A DNA stretch of 37,137 nt from a virus (taxonomy: Duplodnaviria > Heunggongvirae > Uroviricota > Caudoviricetes): the IMG/VR virus record IMGVR_UViG_2703718793_000014. The stretch is one strand, 5' to 3'. How positions within the stretch are numbered: the first letter of the stretch is position 1; each line of letters begins with the position of its first letter. This document shows positions 26,499 through 35,176 of the stretch, in pieces. The notes beneath the pieces are model-generated. The model ran no database searches. It was not told the DNA's origin and was given only the letters and a program-made list of their open reading frames with translations. The translations under genes were made by a program, and so were the position numbers.

Positions 26499-29342
26499 TC
26501 AATCTTTATCGTAAAAACTGCCACGCCTGGCACGGGCGCGCCGTTCCATTTCTGCCCTGACCATTTCGCCGACCAGTTTCGCCAGTTCGCGGGGATTCTG
26601 CGTAACAACGTTATGCAGATGAACATGAATTTCACCGCCAAATCCGGAGGCAACAGGCTCCCGGTTACGGGAAGTTGCAGGAACTGATGCCACTGGCGAT
26701 CGTATGGCCTCCACCACCGGGCGGGAGCTGGCCGCAACAACAGGGACCAGCGCCGGAGGCAGCGGAGCCGGGACCACGGGTGTGATATTAATTGCGGGGG
26801 CAGGCTTACTGACCTGCGCAATCTTCCGCTCCTGCCACTCCCCACGAACAGCAAGTGCGCGGGGCAGGTTCTTAAAGACAATATCGCCGGGGCCAATGCG
26901 TTTTTTTGTCTCATCAACCAGCTTACCTGTGTTATCAGCAATTTTGCTGAGTCTGCGTAGCGTGCCGGTATTGCTGTCTGTGAGAGGTTTGTTGTCTTTG
27001 GGTTTATCATCTCCGGTGCCATTGCTATTTCCCGCAGACTTCGGCGGATTGATTTTCGCAATGTCTCCCTGAAACAGAGCAACCTTGTCCTGAAGAATGG
27101 CCGCACGTTGTGCGTCTTCGATTTTCTTGCGCGCCCTTTCCGCTTCATCCGGAAGCACACCGAGTTTTTCAAGTATCCACGCCAGCGTATCCAGCAACAT
27201 TTTTGCAGGCGTCAGAACAAGCTGTAACGCACCACCAAGAACGTTACCGAATACCTCGCCAGCACTGGTACATTTATCCAGCGTTTCCTTGCTGGACTCC
27301 ATCGGTGACAGCAGCGATTTAAACCAGTTAAACACCTGGCTGATCCCGCTTCCGATTGCGTCAAAAACAGGGCCAAACCGTTCAAAGGTGTCGCGCAACG
27401 GGGTCAGCCTTTCCATAATCCCGCTGAACACCCCGGCAAAGAAAGCCCTGATAGGATCCCAGTATTTCCAGATAAGAACGGCAGCTCCGGCAAGCGCAGC
27501 CACGATAAGACCAACCGGACTGAACAACGCCCCGATAACGCCTCCCAGTAAAGAAACGGAACCCGTCACCATTCCCCATAGCGCAGGTAACACCCTGACG
27601 ACATTCATTGACCGGGTAAGAATGTCAAAACCAAGACGCAGGGTGGCCAGCTTCCCGTAAAGCACCCCAATAACCAGCGACAACGAGCCAATCGTTGCAG
27701 TCATTGCCAGCAACGCACCGCCTGCTATCAGTAGCTGGCGCGTCAGTACCGGATGGGCCTGCGCCAGCGAGGTGATTTTTTCAAGCACCCGCGTGAGCCA
27801 CTGCGTGACAGAACGCAGCGGACCGTCAACCAGATCACTGATGCGAATACGAAGACCTTCCCATGCGCTGTCGAGATTTTTCAGGTCCCCATCAAGATTA
27901 TCAGCCATTACTTTTGCGACGCGATCGGCCTCTCCCCTTGCCCCCTGCAATTCTCTGGTCAGTTTTTGCAGCTCTCCTGAACCAGCCGCCGCAACAAGCG
28001 TCTGCAAACCAACGAACGCCTCTTCTCCGGCGATGTCCTTGAAGAAGGAGACCTGGTCCACCTGTCCGTATTTTTGTGTCGCCTTATAGAGATCAAGCAG
28101 CACATCCTCCATCGGGCGCATTTTGCCTCTGGCGTCAGCAACTGACACCCCCAGCTCTTTCAGTGCATCAGCCGCAGCTTTTGGCGGTGATGCAAGGCGG
28201 GACAGACTTGCGCGCATGGCCGTGCCAGCATCGCTTCCGCGAAGACCATTATTGGCAAGCATCCCGGCCATGGCCGCCGCTTCTTCAAGACTGATACCAA
28301 GTTTTGCGGCAACCGGACCGGTATACTTCATGGTTTCGCCCAGCGCGCGTAAATCAGTATTGGTCCGGGTAAATGCTGCTGTCAGCGTATCGCCCACCCG
28401 GTCCATTTGATCGGCTGTCAGGTTGAACTGTGTGAGGATATTGGAGCCTATATCAGCCGTCTCGCCGAGTTCGACGCCACCTGCCAGCGCCATATTAAGA
28501 ACACCGGGCAATGCGGCCTGAATGGCCTGCGGAGTAAAACCAGCCATTGCCAGAAAGCTCTGCCCACTGGCGGCATCACTCGCAGTAAACTGTGTTTCAG
28601 AGCCAAGTTTTAACGCCTGCTCACGCAGCGCCTTAAACTGCGGGCTGTTTTTGTCGATTCGCGTCAGTGCCTGAACGCGGGACATCTCTTTGCCGAACCC
28701 GATCGCAGGCTGCAAAAAACGCCCGGCAGCATAGCCGCCCGCCGCTGCCGCACCAATTGCCAGCGCACCACCTGTTTTCAGTTTTCCCGCGGTTTCCTGC
28801 GCGCGCGAATACCGCTCACGCGCCTGCGTTACACGCGCAAGCGCCTGCCGTTCGCGTTCAAGCTGGTTGTTGTATTGTTCGGTGCGTCTGATGGCCTGCT
28901 GAATGGTGTTATCGCTGCCTGTCAGGGAAATGCCGTGGCGTTTCAGCTCTCCGCCAAGTTCCCGCATTTTCTGAATTTCCCGTGTGCGCGATTCATTCAG
29001 GCGTTCAAGCCGGGTGCTTAACTGCTGCATCAGCTTTTGTTGTTTTTCGCTGAGCACTGTACCCGTGCGTTGTAACTGATTAAGGGCGTTAAGCTGGCGT
29101 CGTGCTTTCACGATGCCAGCATCCGCTTTACTGACAGCGTCGCGGGCGCGCTCAAATGATCGCGCCTGACGCTCGAGATTTTTGATCGCCCCCTGCGTTC
29201 GCTGGATGGAGTCACCAAACTGCCCCATCAGGCGGCGTGCGTTTTCGGCAGGTCGGGTCAGCCTGTCAACGGCGCTGAAAGCGACCCGGATATCAAGAGT
29301 CTTCATTGTCTGCATTCCCGCTGCGAAGTGCCGCCCGCTCAC
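26499..29342 (-). CDS. T: Tail tape measure protein T
   Basis: 947 aa; long helical protein with hydrophobic central segments and Ala/Gly-rich repeats; start overlaps the end of the E' frame, as in P2. Confidence 0.9.
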   Translation of the reverse strand: MSGRHFAAGMQTMKTLDIRVAFSAVDRLTRPAENARRLMGQFGDSIQRTQGAIKNLERQARSFERARDAVSKADAGIVKARRQLNALNQLQRTGTVLSEKQQKLMQQLSTRLERLNESRTREIQKMRELGGELKRHGISLTGSDNTIQQAIRRTEQYNNQLERERQALARVTQARERYSRAQETAGKLKTGGALAIGAAAAGGYAAGRFLQPAIGFGKEMSRVQALTRIDKNSPQFKALREQALKLGSETQFTASDAASGQSFLAMAGFTPQAIQAALPGVLNMALAGGVELGETADIGSNILTQFNLTADQMDRVGDTLTAAFTRTNTDLRALGETMKYTGPVAAKLGISLEEAAAMAGMLANNGLRGSDAGTAMRASLSRLASPPKAAADALKELGVSVADARGKMRPMEDVLLDLYKATQKYGQVDQVSFFKDIAGEEAFVGLQTLVAAAGSGELQKLTRELQGARGEADRVAKVMADNLDGDLKNLDSAWEGLRIRISDLVDGPLRSVTQWLTRVLEKITSLAQAHPVLTRQLLIAGGALLAMTATIGSLSLVIGVLYGKLATLRLGFDILTRSMNVVRVLPALWGMVTGSVSLLGGVIGALFSPVGLIVAALAGAAVLIWKYWDPIRAFFAGVFSGIMERLTPLRDTFERFGPVFDAIGSGISQVFNWFKSLLSPMESSKETLDKCTSAGEVFGNVLGGALQLVLTPAKMLLDTLAWILEKLGVLPDEAERARKKIEDAQRAAILQDKVALFQGDIAKINPPKSAGNSNGTGDDKPKDNKPLTDSNTGTLRRLSKIADNTGKLVDETKKRIGPGDIVFKNLPRALAVRGEWQERKIAQVSKPAPAINITPVVPAPLPPALVPVVAASSRPVVEAIRSPVASVPATSRNREPVASGFGGEIHVHLHNVVTQNPRELAKLVGEMVRAEMERRARARRGSFYDKD

Positions 29343-29511
29343 GCCAGCTAACCACTTCGCCGGGCGTCATCATGAAGATTTCGGCGGGCGACCAGTTAAA
29401 AATAACGGCAATATCTGCCACAAAGTCTTCTATGTGCTCAAAGCACACAACCGTGATCAGGCTTCCGTCGCCTGTTCGTTCTTCCCGCCAGAGTCCGCAC
29501 CGCTCAAAAAA
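29293..29511 (-). CDS. E' extension reached by programmed -1 frameshift from E (E+E' tape-measure chaperone)
   Basis: Slippery heptamer T-TTT-TTG in the E frame (plus-strand 29505-29511); the -1 frame continues open to 29293 and overlaps the T start. This is the conserved G/GT-type frameshift arrangement. Confidence 0.75.
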   Translation of the reverse strand, partial: FFERCGLWREERTGDGSLITVVCFEHIEDFVADIAVIFNWSPAEIFMMTPGEVVSWRERAALRSGNADNEDS

Positions 29512-29822
29512 TTTACGGCAACCACACATAACTGAATAAAGTCACGGGATGCCATTTTTTTGATCGTCACTTCATCCAGTCGCGGTGATGTCACGCGTGA
29601 CAGCAGCGTAAACATGGATTCCGCTTTCAGATTCAGCACATCAGACAGCGACAAATCTCGCAGAGATCCAGCCTGCTCAATAGCCCCGGTGATCTCCACA
29701 TACGTGATTTTTTCGCCGCCTCGCTCAATTGGTTGGGTAAGTTTTACACCACGCTCACTGGTTTCTTTCACAGTGTCAGTAACTACCGTGTTTTCGGTAT
29801 CGATGTTTTTCGTCTCTTTCAT
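29457..29822 (-). CDS. E: Tail assembly chaperone E
   Basis: 121 aa; located between tail tube and tape measure genes; contains the frameshift site near its 3' end. Confidence 0.8.
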   Translation of the reverse strand: MKETKNIDTENTVVTDTVKETSERGVKLTQPIERGGEKITYVEITGAIEQAGSLRDLSLSDVLNLKAESMFTLLSRVTSPRLDEVTIKKMASRDFIQLCVVAVNFLSGADSGGKNEQATEA

Positions 29823-29876
29823 CAGGAAACTCCTTTCAGTCAGAGGCGACGCACTGCGCCGCCTGCATATTACTTA

Positions 29877-30389
29877 TCAGCCAAGCCCAAGCGCGGAACG
29901 GATGCGATCGGGCACAATGTCCTTGCCGTCCTTCCGGTAAATGAAGTTCAGCAGGTCAATCTCCCACAACGGGCGATCGTTAACACTCAGCTTGTAGTAG
30001 GTGTTTTTAATGGCGTAAGTGTGTGATGTGGCTTCGCCCTGTTTGGCTTCCCCCATATCAATTTCCGTCACACGTCCGCGCATTTCGACTTCATACAGGT
30101 CGCTTTCATCATCGGTGTAGTATTCCCCCGCAAAACGCAGTAGCGTGCCGTCAATCGTGCCGCCATACTTCAGGAACAGCTCACGAACTGCGCCCCCCAT
30201 GACAAAGCTCGCATCAAGCGCGGAGTCGTCCAGGCCGAGGTCAATACTTACCGCACCCATCATGCCACCACCCCGGTAGCTGTCGGTTTTGCGCGTCAGT
30301 TTAGGCAGGGTGACGGACGTCACCTTACCCACTTCGTTTTCACCATCCACAAACAGCGTAAAAAAGCGAAGATGTTTTGGTACAGCCAT
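29877..30389 (-). CDS. FII: Tail tube protein FII
   Basis: 170 aa; gpFII-like; overlaps the sheath gene stop by one base. Confidence 0.88.
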   Translation of the reverse strand: MAVPKHLRFFTLFVDGENEVGKVTSVTLPKLTRKTDSYRGGGMMGAVSIDLGLDDSALDASFVMGGAVRELFLKYGGTIDGTLLRFAGEYYTDDESDLYEVEMRGRVTEIDMGEAKQGEATSHTYAIKNTYYKLSVNDRPLWEIDLLNFIYRKDGKDIVPDRIRSALGLG

Positions 30390-31573
30390 CAGGCACCTCC
30401 CAGCACCGCAAATGCGGGACCAAAGAATTCATCAGTAAACGACTGGTAAAGCTCCATGTCTTCCAGCGGAGGAACGGGCGTATATTTGTAGCGAATACGC
30501 ACACGCCCCTGACGTAAATTCGTGGTGCTGTTATCCACGATGTCATACCAGCACTCCGCGCCAATCAGTTTCCCGGCAGTAACCAGTGAATCCAGTTTTG
30601 CCCTGATGGCACTGATAACATCCTTCACGTTCGCAGGTGTCAGTGGACTGTCGATGGTTTCAAACTGCGCTTCCGCAATTGAATCAGCCAGCACCTGTGC
30701 GGTTCGGGTATACACCTCAAAGATGTAGGCGTTCGTTTCCGGTGTGCGGTTGCCCCAGAAGCGGAACCCGTTGCGACGAATAATGGTCGTGATTTCTTTG
30801 TTGTTGAGGCTGTTGGCATCGCTGTCTTCGGCCTGCAACGACCAGAACACATGCCTCGACATCCCCAGCACATTTTTAACCGGAACGTTGGACAGTGATT
30901 TGTGCCATCCCTGCTCATGGTCAATGTACGCACGAAGGCCGCACGCATAGGCAGGCGCGGGGAACGTTTCGTTTTTGCCACTTTTCGGGTTGTAGGCGAT
31001 GAAGTCCGGCCATAAGAGCATCACCTCACGTTCGTTGAATTTCTGGCGGTAGGTAATCGCCTCAGCCATTGTGTTACAGCCGTGACATGAGGCATACACA
31101 AACGCGCGCAGTTTACCCGCAATCACGCACAGGGATTTTGTCACCGCCTCCGTGTCCAGCTCCGGCGCGGCCAGAATACGCGGACGGTATCCGATGCTTT
31201 CATCCTGCTCTGCAACAAGCAGCGCATACATCCCCGTATAGCTGCCGTCAGATTCAGAACCACCGATAACCAGTTGATCCTGCGTCTTACCGCCTTCTTC
31301 TTTGTGTTCAGCCACGCGAACGACGATCACTTTTGTGCTCACCTGGTCTGCGATAGCCTTAAGCGCACGATAAAGCGTCCCCGTAGTCCCGCATTTTCCC
31401 AGCACGTCATTGACGCGGGTCAGCAGTGTGGGCTTGTTCAGCGGGAACAGCTCCGCGTCCGCATCATCTGCCGTTGCCACGATACCGATAACACTGGAAT
31501 CAACATCATTAATCGCTGTTACCAGGTCGGTACTTTCCGTAACACGGGCACCATGAAAACGAGTTTCACTCAT
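30389..31573 (-). CDS. FI: Contractile tail sheath protein FI
   Basis: 394 aa; gpFI-like translation; first gene of the minus-strand tail block. Confidence 0.9.
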   Translation of the reverse strand: MSETRFHGARVTESTDLVTAINDVDSSVIGIVATADDADAELFPLNKPTLLTRVNDVLGKCGTTGTLYRALKAIADQVSTKVIVVRVAEHKEEGGKTQDQLVIGGSESDGSYTGMYALLVAEQDESIGYRPRILAAPELDTEAVTKSLCVIAGKLRAFVYASCHGCNTMAEAITYRQKFNEREVMLLWPDFIAYNPKSGKNETFPAPAYACGLRAYIDHEQGWHKSLSNVPVKNVLGMSRHVFWSLQAEDSDANSLNNKEITTIIRRNGFRFWGNRTPETNAYIFEVYTRTAQVLADSIAEAQFETIDSPLTPANVKDVISAIRAKLDSLVTAGKLIGAECWYDIVDNSTTNLRQGRVRIRYKYTPVPPLEDMELYQSFTDEFFGPAFAVLGGA

Positions 31574-31730
31574 AGCTTCAGCCCCTTGTATCCGTTAAAT
31601 GATTCGGCAACAATCATCACCCACCACGCGCGTAATCTCACCCCTGCGCCGTTCTCCCGCCACGGCGACAACAAAAAGCAGTAACCCCCTCCGCACGCAC
31701 ATGCGACCATGCCGCACAGGGAGGGAACAG

Positions 31731-32831
31731 ATGACCGACACCACCATGCAATTGCTCAGTCAGGGCACAGACCACGTGAAAGTGCCGGATTTTGATATTC
31801 TCGCGGAGGGTAAAACGCTGTCAGGCGTGGCAGAGCGCCTGATGAGCCTGTCACTGACCGACAACCGGGGATTTGAGGCGGACCAGCTCACCATCACGCT
31901 GGATGATGCGGATGGTCAGTTGCAGCTACCGCCACGGGGCGCGCGCCTGACGGTTCTCATTGGCTGGAAGGGAGAACCGCTGACAGAAAAAGGCACTTAC
32001 ATTGTTGATGAAATCGCTCACGAAGGACCGCCGGACAGGCTGACTGTTTCAGCCAGAAGCGCAGATTTTCGGGATGAATTTAACGTTAAACGTGAGGTGT
32101 CCTGGCATGATGTGACCGTTGAGCGTGTGGTATCCGCCATCGCTCATCGGTATGGTCTGAAACCACAAATCAGCGAAATGCTGATGGATATCGAAATCGA
32201 CCACGCCGACCAGACCGAAGAAAGCGACATGTCCTTCCTTACGCGCATGGCGGAAATGCTGGGCGCAATCACCACGGTAAAAAGCGGTAATCTGTTATTC
32301 ATCATGCCAGGTGGTGGCGTGAACGCACAGGGCCAGCCGTTGCCCTCGTTCGTCATTACACGCAGCAGCGGCGATCGCCATCAGTTCCGCATTGCTGACC
32401 GCGAGGCGTATACGGGTGTACGCGCCTACTGGCTTGATCTTAATTACGGGAAAAAGAAAAAAGTCAGCGTGAAACGCCGCAAACCGAAAAAGGAGAAAAG
32501 CAGCAGCCGTGAAGGTGACTATATGGAAGGTGCGGAAGGCAACGTGTTTGTGTTACGCAAGACTTATCAGAACGAACAGGCAGCAAGACGCGCAGCGGCG
32601 GCAAAGTGGCAGCAGCTACAACGCGGAGCCGCATCATTCTCCATCACGCTGGCACGTGGTCGTGCAGAACTCTACCCCGAAATGCATGGCACTGTAACAG
32701 GATTTAAAAGCGAGATTGATAATCAGGACTGGATTATTGCAAAAGCCGAGCACACCATTGATAACAGCGGCTTTACCACGCAGCTTGAACTTGAGGCAAA
32801 AATCCCGGAATGGATAGCGGAAACAGAGTGA
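31731..32831 (+). CDS. D: Tail/baseplate hub protein D (late control gene D family)
   Basis: Start at MTDTTMQLL (GGGAGGG upstream); the track ORF begins earlier at 31599; gpD-like translation. Confidence 0.85.
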   Translation: MTDTTMQLLSQGTDHVKVPDFDILAEGKTLSGVAERLMSLSLTDNRGFEADQLTITLDDADGQLQLPPRGARLTVLIGWKGEPLTEKGTYIVDEIAHEGPPDRLTVSARSADFRDEFNVKREVSWHDVTVERVVSAIAHRYGLKPQISEMLMDIEIDHADQTEESDMSFLTRMAEMLGAITTVKSGNLLFIMPGGGVNAQGQPLPSFVITRSSGDRHQFRIADREAYTGVRAYWLDLNYGKKKKVSVKRRKPKKEKSSSREGDYMEGAEGNVFVLRKTYQNEQAARRAAAAKWQQLQRGAASFSITLARGRAELYPEMHGTVTGFKSEIDNQDWIIAKAEHTIDNSGFTTQLELEAKIPEWIAETE

Positions 32832-32995
32832 GCAACTTAAATATATTAACTCGCTTATAGCACTTAACAGTCTGACATCTAGCCTTGTCACAAAAATTGT
32901 AAGCGCCATCATATTCTCTTGACTCAAGATAAGTGACTATGTGATCTTTTATGATGTTACCTCATTTGGGTTAATATATTAAAAGGAGTTGGAAA

Positions 32996-34066
32996 ATGTC
33001 TCTAGTTACCCGCAATGTATTCATTGATACTGAGTTTTTTGTAAAAGCAAACCTGGACTTCAACTCAAAAACTATAAAATCATTTGAAGAACTATGTAGA
33101 AATGATGAGTTCAGGCATATTTCTACAACAATTGTAGTTAAAGAAGTTGAGCGAAAAATCATCGAGCATATACAAGAAGCATTGAAAGGGATTAACAATT
33201 TCCGACGAAAGGCTGTTATCCTCAAAGAATATGAAGATGACAATATTAAAAATCTATTTTGTGAAATTAATGAAACAGACATTCGAGAAAAGGCATTAAG
33301 CGCATTTAATGGTTTCATGGAGGACTCAAACACAACTATTGTAGATATGTCGAAGGTGGACCTCAATGAAGTTATAGACATGTACTTTGATAAAAAAAGC
33401 CCCTTTAGTGCGAAAAAACCTAACGAATTTCGAGACGCCTTCACTCTTTTAGCAATACGTTCCGCGCTAGGAGATAATGAAAAAATTTATGTGGTTTCAG
33501 AAGACCCTGACCTAAAAGGTTACTGTGAAGACAATGATAATTTCATAATTATAGGAGCACTAAACTTACTACTAGATGATTACAACAAACACAATGACGA
33601 AAGAACTGGATTTATAGAACGTTTTTTAGAAAGCAAAAATGAAGAAATCATACAAAAATTAACGGAAGAATTAGAAACTGCTGAAGCTTATAATTCTTCA
33701 ACATGGGAAGACTCAGAGATTGATAGCTTTGAAATTACGAACATAAGCGAATTTGAACCCAAAATAATTCATTTGGATGACGAAAGTTGTCAAATTACTT
33801 TTGATGTTACTGTTAGTTTTAATGTCACTGCCAGCGGACCTGATACCGCAAACGGCTATTATGACAAAGAGGATGGAAAATTTTATACCTTTGACACCGT
33901 ATCTAATCACGAGGAGGAGGAAAAGGATTTTACAGTAGAACTAGAATTATTCTTTGAAATAGACGAAGGCCAGTTTATCAATGATGAGTTTAATTTGCAC
34001 ATAAATGGACTGGATGCTGGTATTGAATTTTGTGTCGATGAAAACTCATGGGAAGACTATAGATAG
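32996..34066 (+). CDS. PIN-like nuclease domain protein with acidic C-terminal domain of unknown function (cargo gene)
   Basis: 356 aa, markedly AT-rich, AAAGGAG Shine-Dalgarno. Ordered PIN hallmarks: VFIDTEFF (first Asp), VVKEVERK (Glu), IVDMSKVD, YVVSEDPDLKGY (Ser-x-Asp-x-Asp). No partner gene visible. Confidence 0.6.
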   Translation: MSLVTRNVFIDTEFFVKANLDFNSKTIKSFEELCRNDEFRHISTTIVVKEVERKIIEHIQEALKGINNFRRKAVILKEYEDDNIKNLFCEINETDIREKALSAFNGFMEDSNTTIVDMSKVDLNEVIDMYFDKKSPFSAKKPNEFRDAFTLLAIRSALGDNEKIYVVSEDPDLKGYCEDNDNFIIIGALNLLLDDYNKHNDERTGFIERFLESKNEEIIQKLTEELETAEAYNSSTWEDSEIDSFEITNISEFEPKIIHLDDESCQITFDVTVSFNVTASGPDTANGYYDKEDGKFYTFDTVSNHEEEEKDFTVELELFFEIDEGQFINDEFNLHINGLDAGIEFCVDENSWEDYR

Positions 34067-34150
34067 CTCCTCACTCAGGGAGGGCTGTCAGTTGGAATCT
34101 GAATTGGGACAACTTAGAATGGTAGCAGCACCACGTTAAGGGAGGTCGCT

Positions 34151-34411
34151 ATGTTCCGTTGTCCGCTTTGTGGCGCATCTGCCCGTATCCGCACCAGTCG
34201 TCCGGAAAATGATTCAAACACCGTGCGGCAAAAGTATTACCAGTGTAACAATCTGGAATGCGGCGTATGCTTCTCAACACTGGAAGCTTTCCATAAATTC
34301 ACATCAAAACACGCCTCCGGCGTTCACTCTTCAGAAGGTATCCCGTGGCATGAACTGCCAGCTTCACACAGGGGAAACAATCAGATGAGTTTGCCTTTAC
34401 CTCAGAATTAA
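34151..34411 (+). CDS. ogr: Ogr/Delta-type zinc-finger late transcription activator
   Basis: N-terminus MFRCPLCGASARIRTSR...YYQCNNLECGVCF has the Cys-x2-Cys...Cys-x4-Cys pattern and spacing of P2 Ogr. Confidence 0.85.
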   Translation: MFRCPLCGASARIRTSRPENDSNTVRQKYYQCNNLECGVCFSTLEAFHKFTSKHASGVHSSEGIPWHELPASHRGNNQMSLPLPQN

Positions 34412-34602
34412 CAGGCAGAATTGCCGGAGCAACAAAAAAGCGATAGATTACGCGCGGGTGCCTTTCGGCTGATGGTCGGAGGGAATACCCGAAGGCCAGA
34501 TGTGGAAAGGCCCCGGAAAACATTTCTGTTTAACCGAGGCCCTAACATATCTACCTTAAGCAAGTGATAGGTTAGCGCCTCTCCAACAAAGGAGCAAGCG
34601 CT

Positions 34603-34743
34603 ATGTCGCAAAAATCGCTTACGGCCATCACGTTCTGCGTGACCGTAATCCTCATCATCTGGATGCTGCACGGTTCGCTGTGTGAAATACGGATGAGCTT
34701 CTGGGGAGCGGAGTTTGCGGCGTTCTTACAGTGTAAGCAGTAA
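34603..34743 (+). CDS. Hok/Gef-family type I toxin (46 aa)
   Basis: AAAGGAG Shine-Dalgarno; translation MSQKSLTAITFCVTVILIIWMLHGSLCEIRMSFWGAEFAAFLQCKQ has the Hok architecture: N-terminal TM helix, SLCEIR motif, E(F/V)AAF(L/M) motif. Below the size cutoff of the ORF track. Confidence 0.65.
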   Translation: MSQKSLTAITFCVTVILIIWMLHGSLCEIRMSFWGAEFAAFLQCKQ

Positions 34744-34830
34744 GGAAACCGCGACGGGGGAGTAATCCCCCGTCAATCGGTTGCCAGGGTAAGGTCGATA
34801 AGGCACCCTATCTCACAGACATGAACAACA

Positions 34831-34866
34831 AGCCCGCAGCGTAAAAACTGCGGGTTTTCTTTTTGG
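34831..34866 (+). terminator. Rho-independent terminator
   Basis: AGCCCGCAG-CGTAAAAA-CTGCGGGTTTTCTTTTT: GC-rich hairpin followed by a T-tract, downstream of the hok-like gene. Confidence 0.75.
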
Positions 34867-34978
34867 TATCCCCATCCATAAGCAATAGGCATAACAGATC
34901 GATGCAATAAATCCGATCGATAAAAACGATCGATTTGTTATCATATCGGCAGCAGTAACCACACAAGAGGTGCCGCAA

Positions 34979-35176
34979 ATGACGCAAAATGTACGATGCA
35001 AAAATTGCAACAAACTACTTGCCCGCGCCTCATTTCACTACATTGAAATAAAATGTCCGCGCTGCAAAACACTTAACCAGATAACGAGAGCCATCGAGCC
35101 CCCCACACACATGAGGAGTTATGACCGTGGGGATCGCAATCCAGCACCAACCAGCACATACACCGGAACACACTAA
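34979..35176 (+). CDS. com: Mu Com-like zinc-finger translational regulator
   Basis: N-terminus MTQNVRCKNCNKLLARASFHYIEIKCPRCK is near-identical in pattern to Mu Com (RCKNCNKLL...HIEIRCPRCK); its 3' end overlaps the start of the downstream methyltransferase frame. Confidence 0.8.
   Translation: MTQNVRCKNCNKLLARASFHYIEIKCPRCKTLNQITRAIEPPTHMRSYDRGDRNPAPTSTYTGTH

Noticed and set aside
26483-27172. 229-codon minus-strand ORF at the 3' end of the tape measure region
   Set aside because: Same strand as gene T but out of frame and fully overlapping its C-terminal coding region; alternative-frame artefact.
31574-31730. Ogr-type late promoter dyads (TGT-N12-ACA) in the divergent FI/D intergenic region
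   Set aside because: Partial dyads such as TGATTCGGCAACAATCA are present, but none fits the expected spacing convincingly by eye; left uncalled.
34408-34671. 87-codon minus-strand ORF across the hok-like leader
   Set aside because: Overlaps the hok-like ORF and its ribosome-binding site on the opposite strand; more likely marks the antisense-RNA region of a type I toxin locus than a protein gene.
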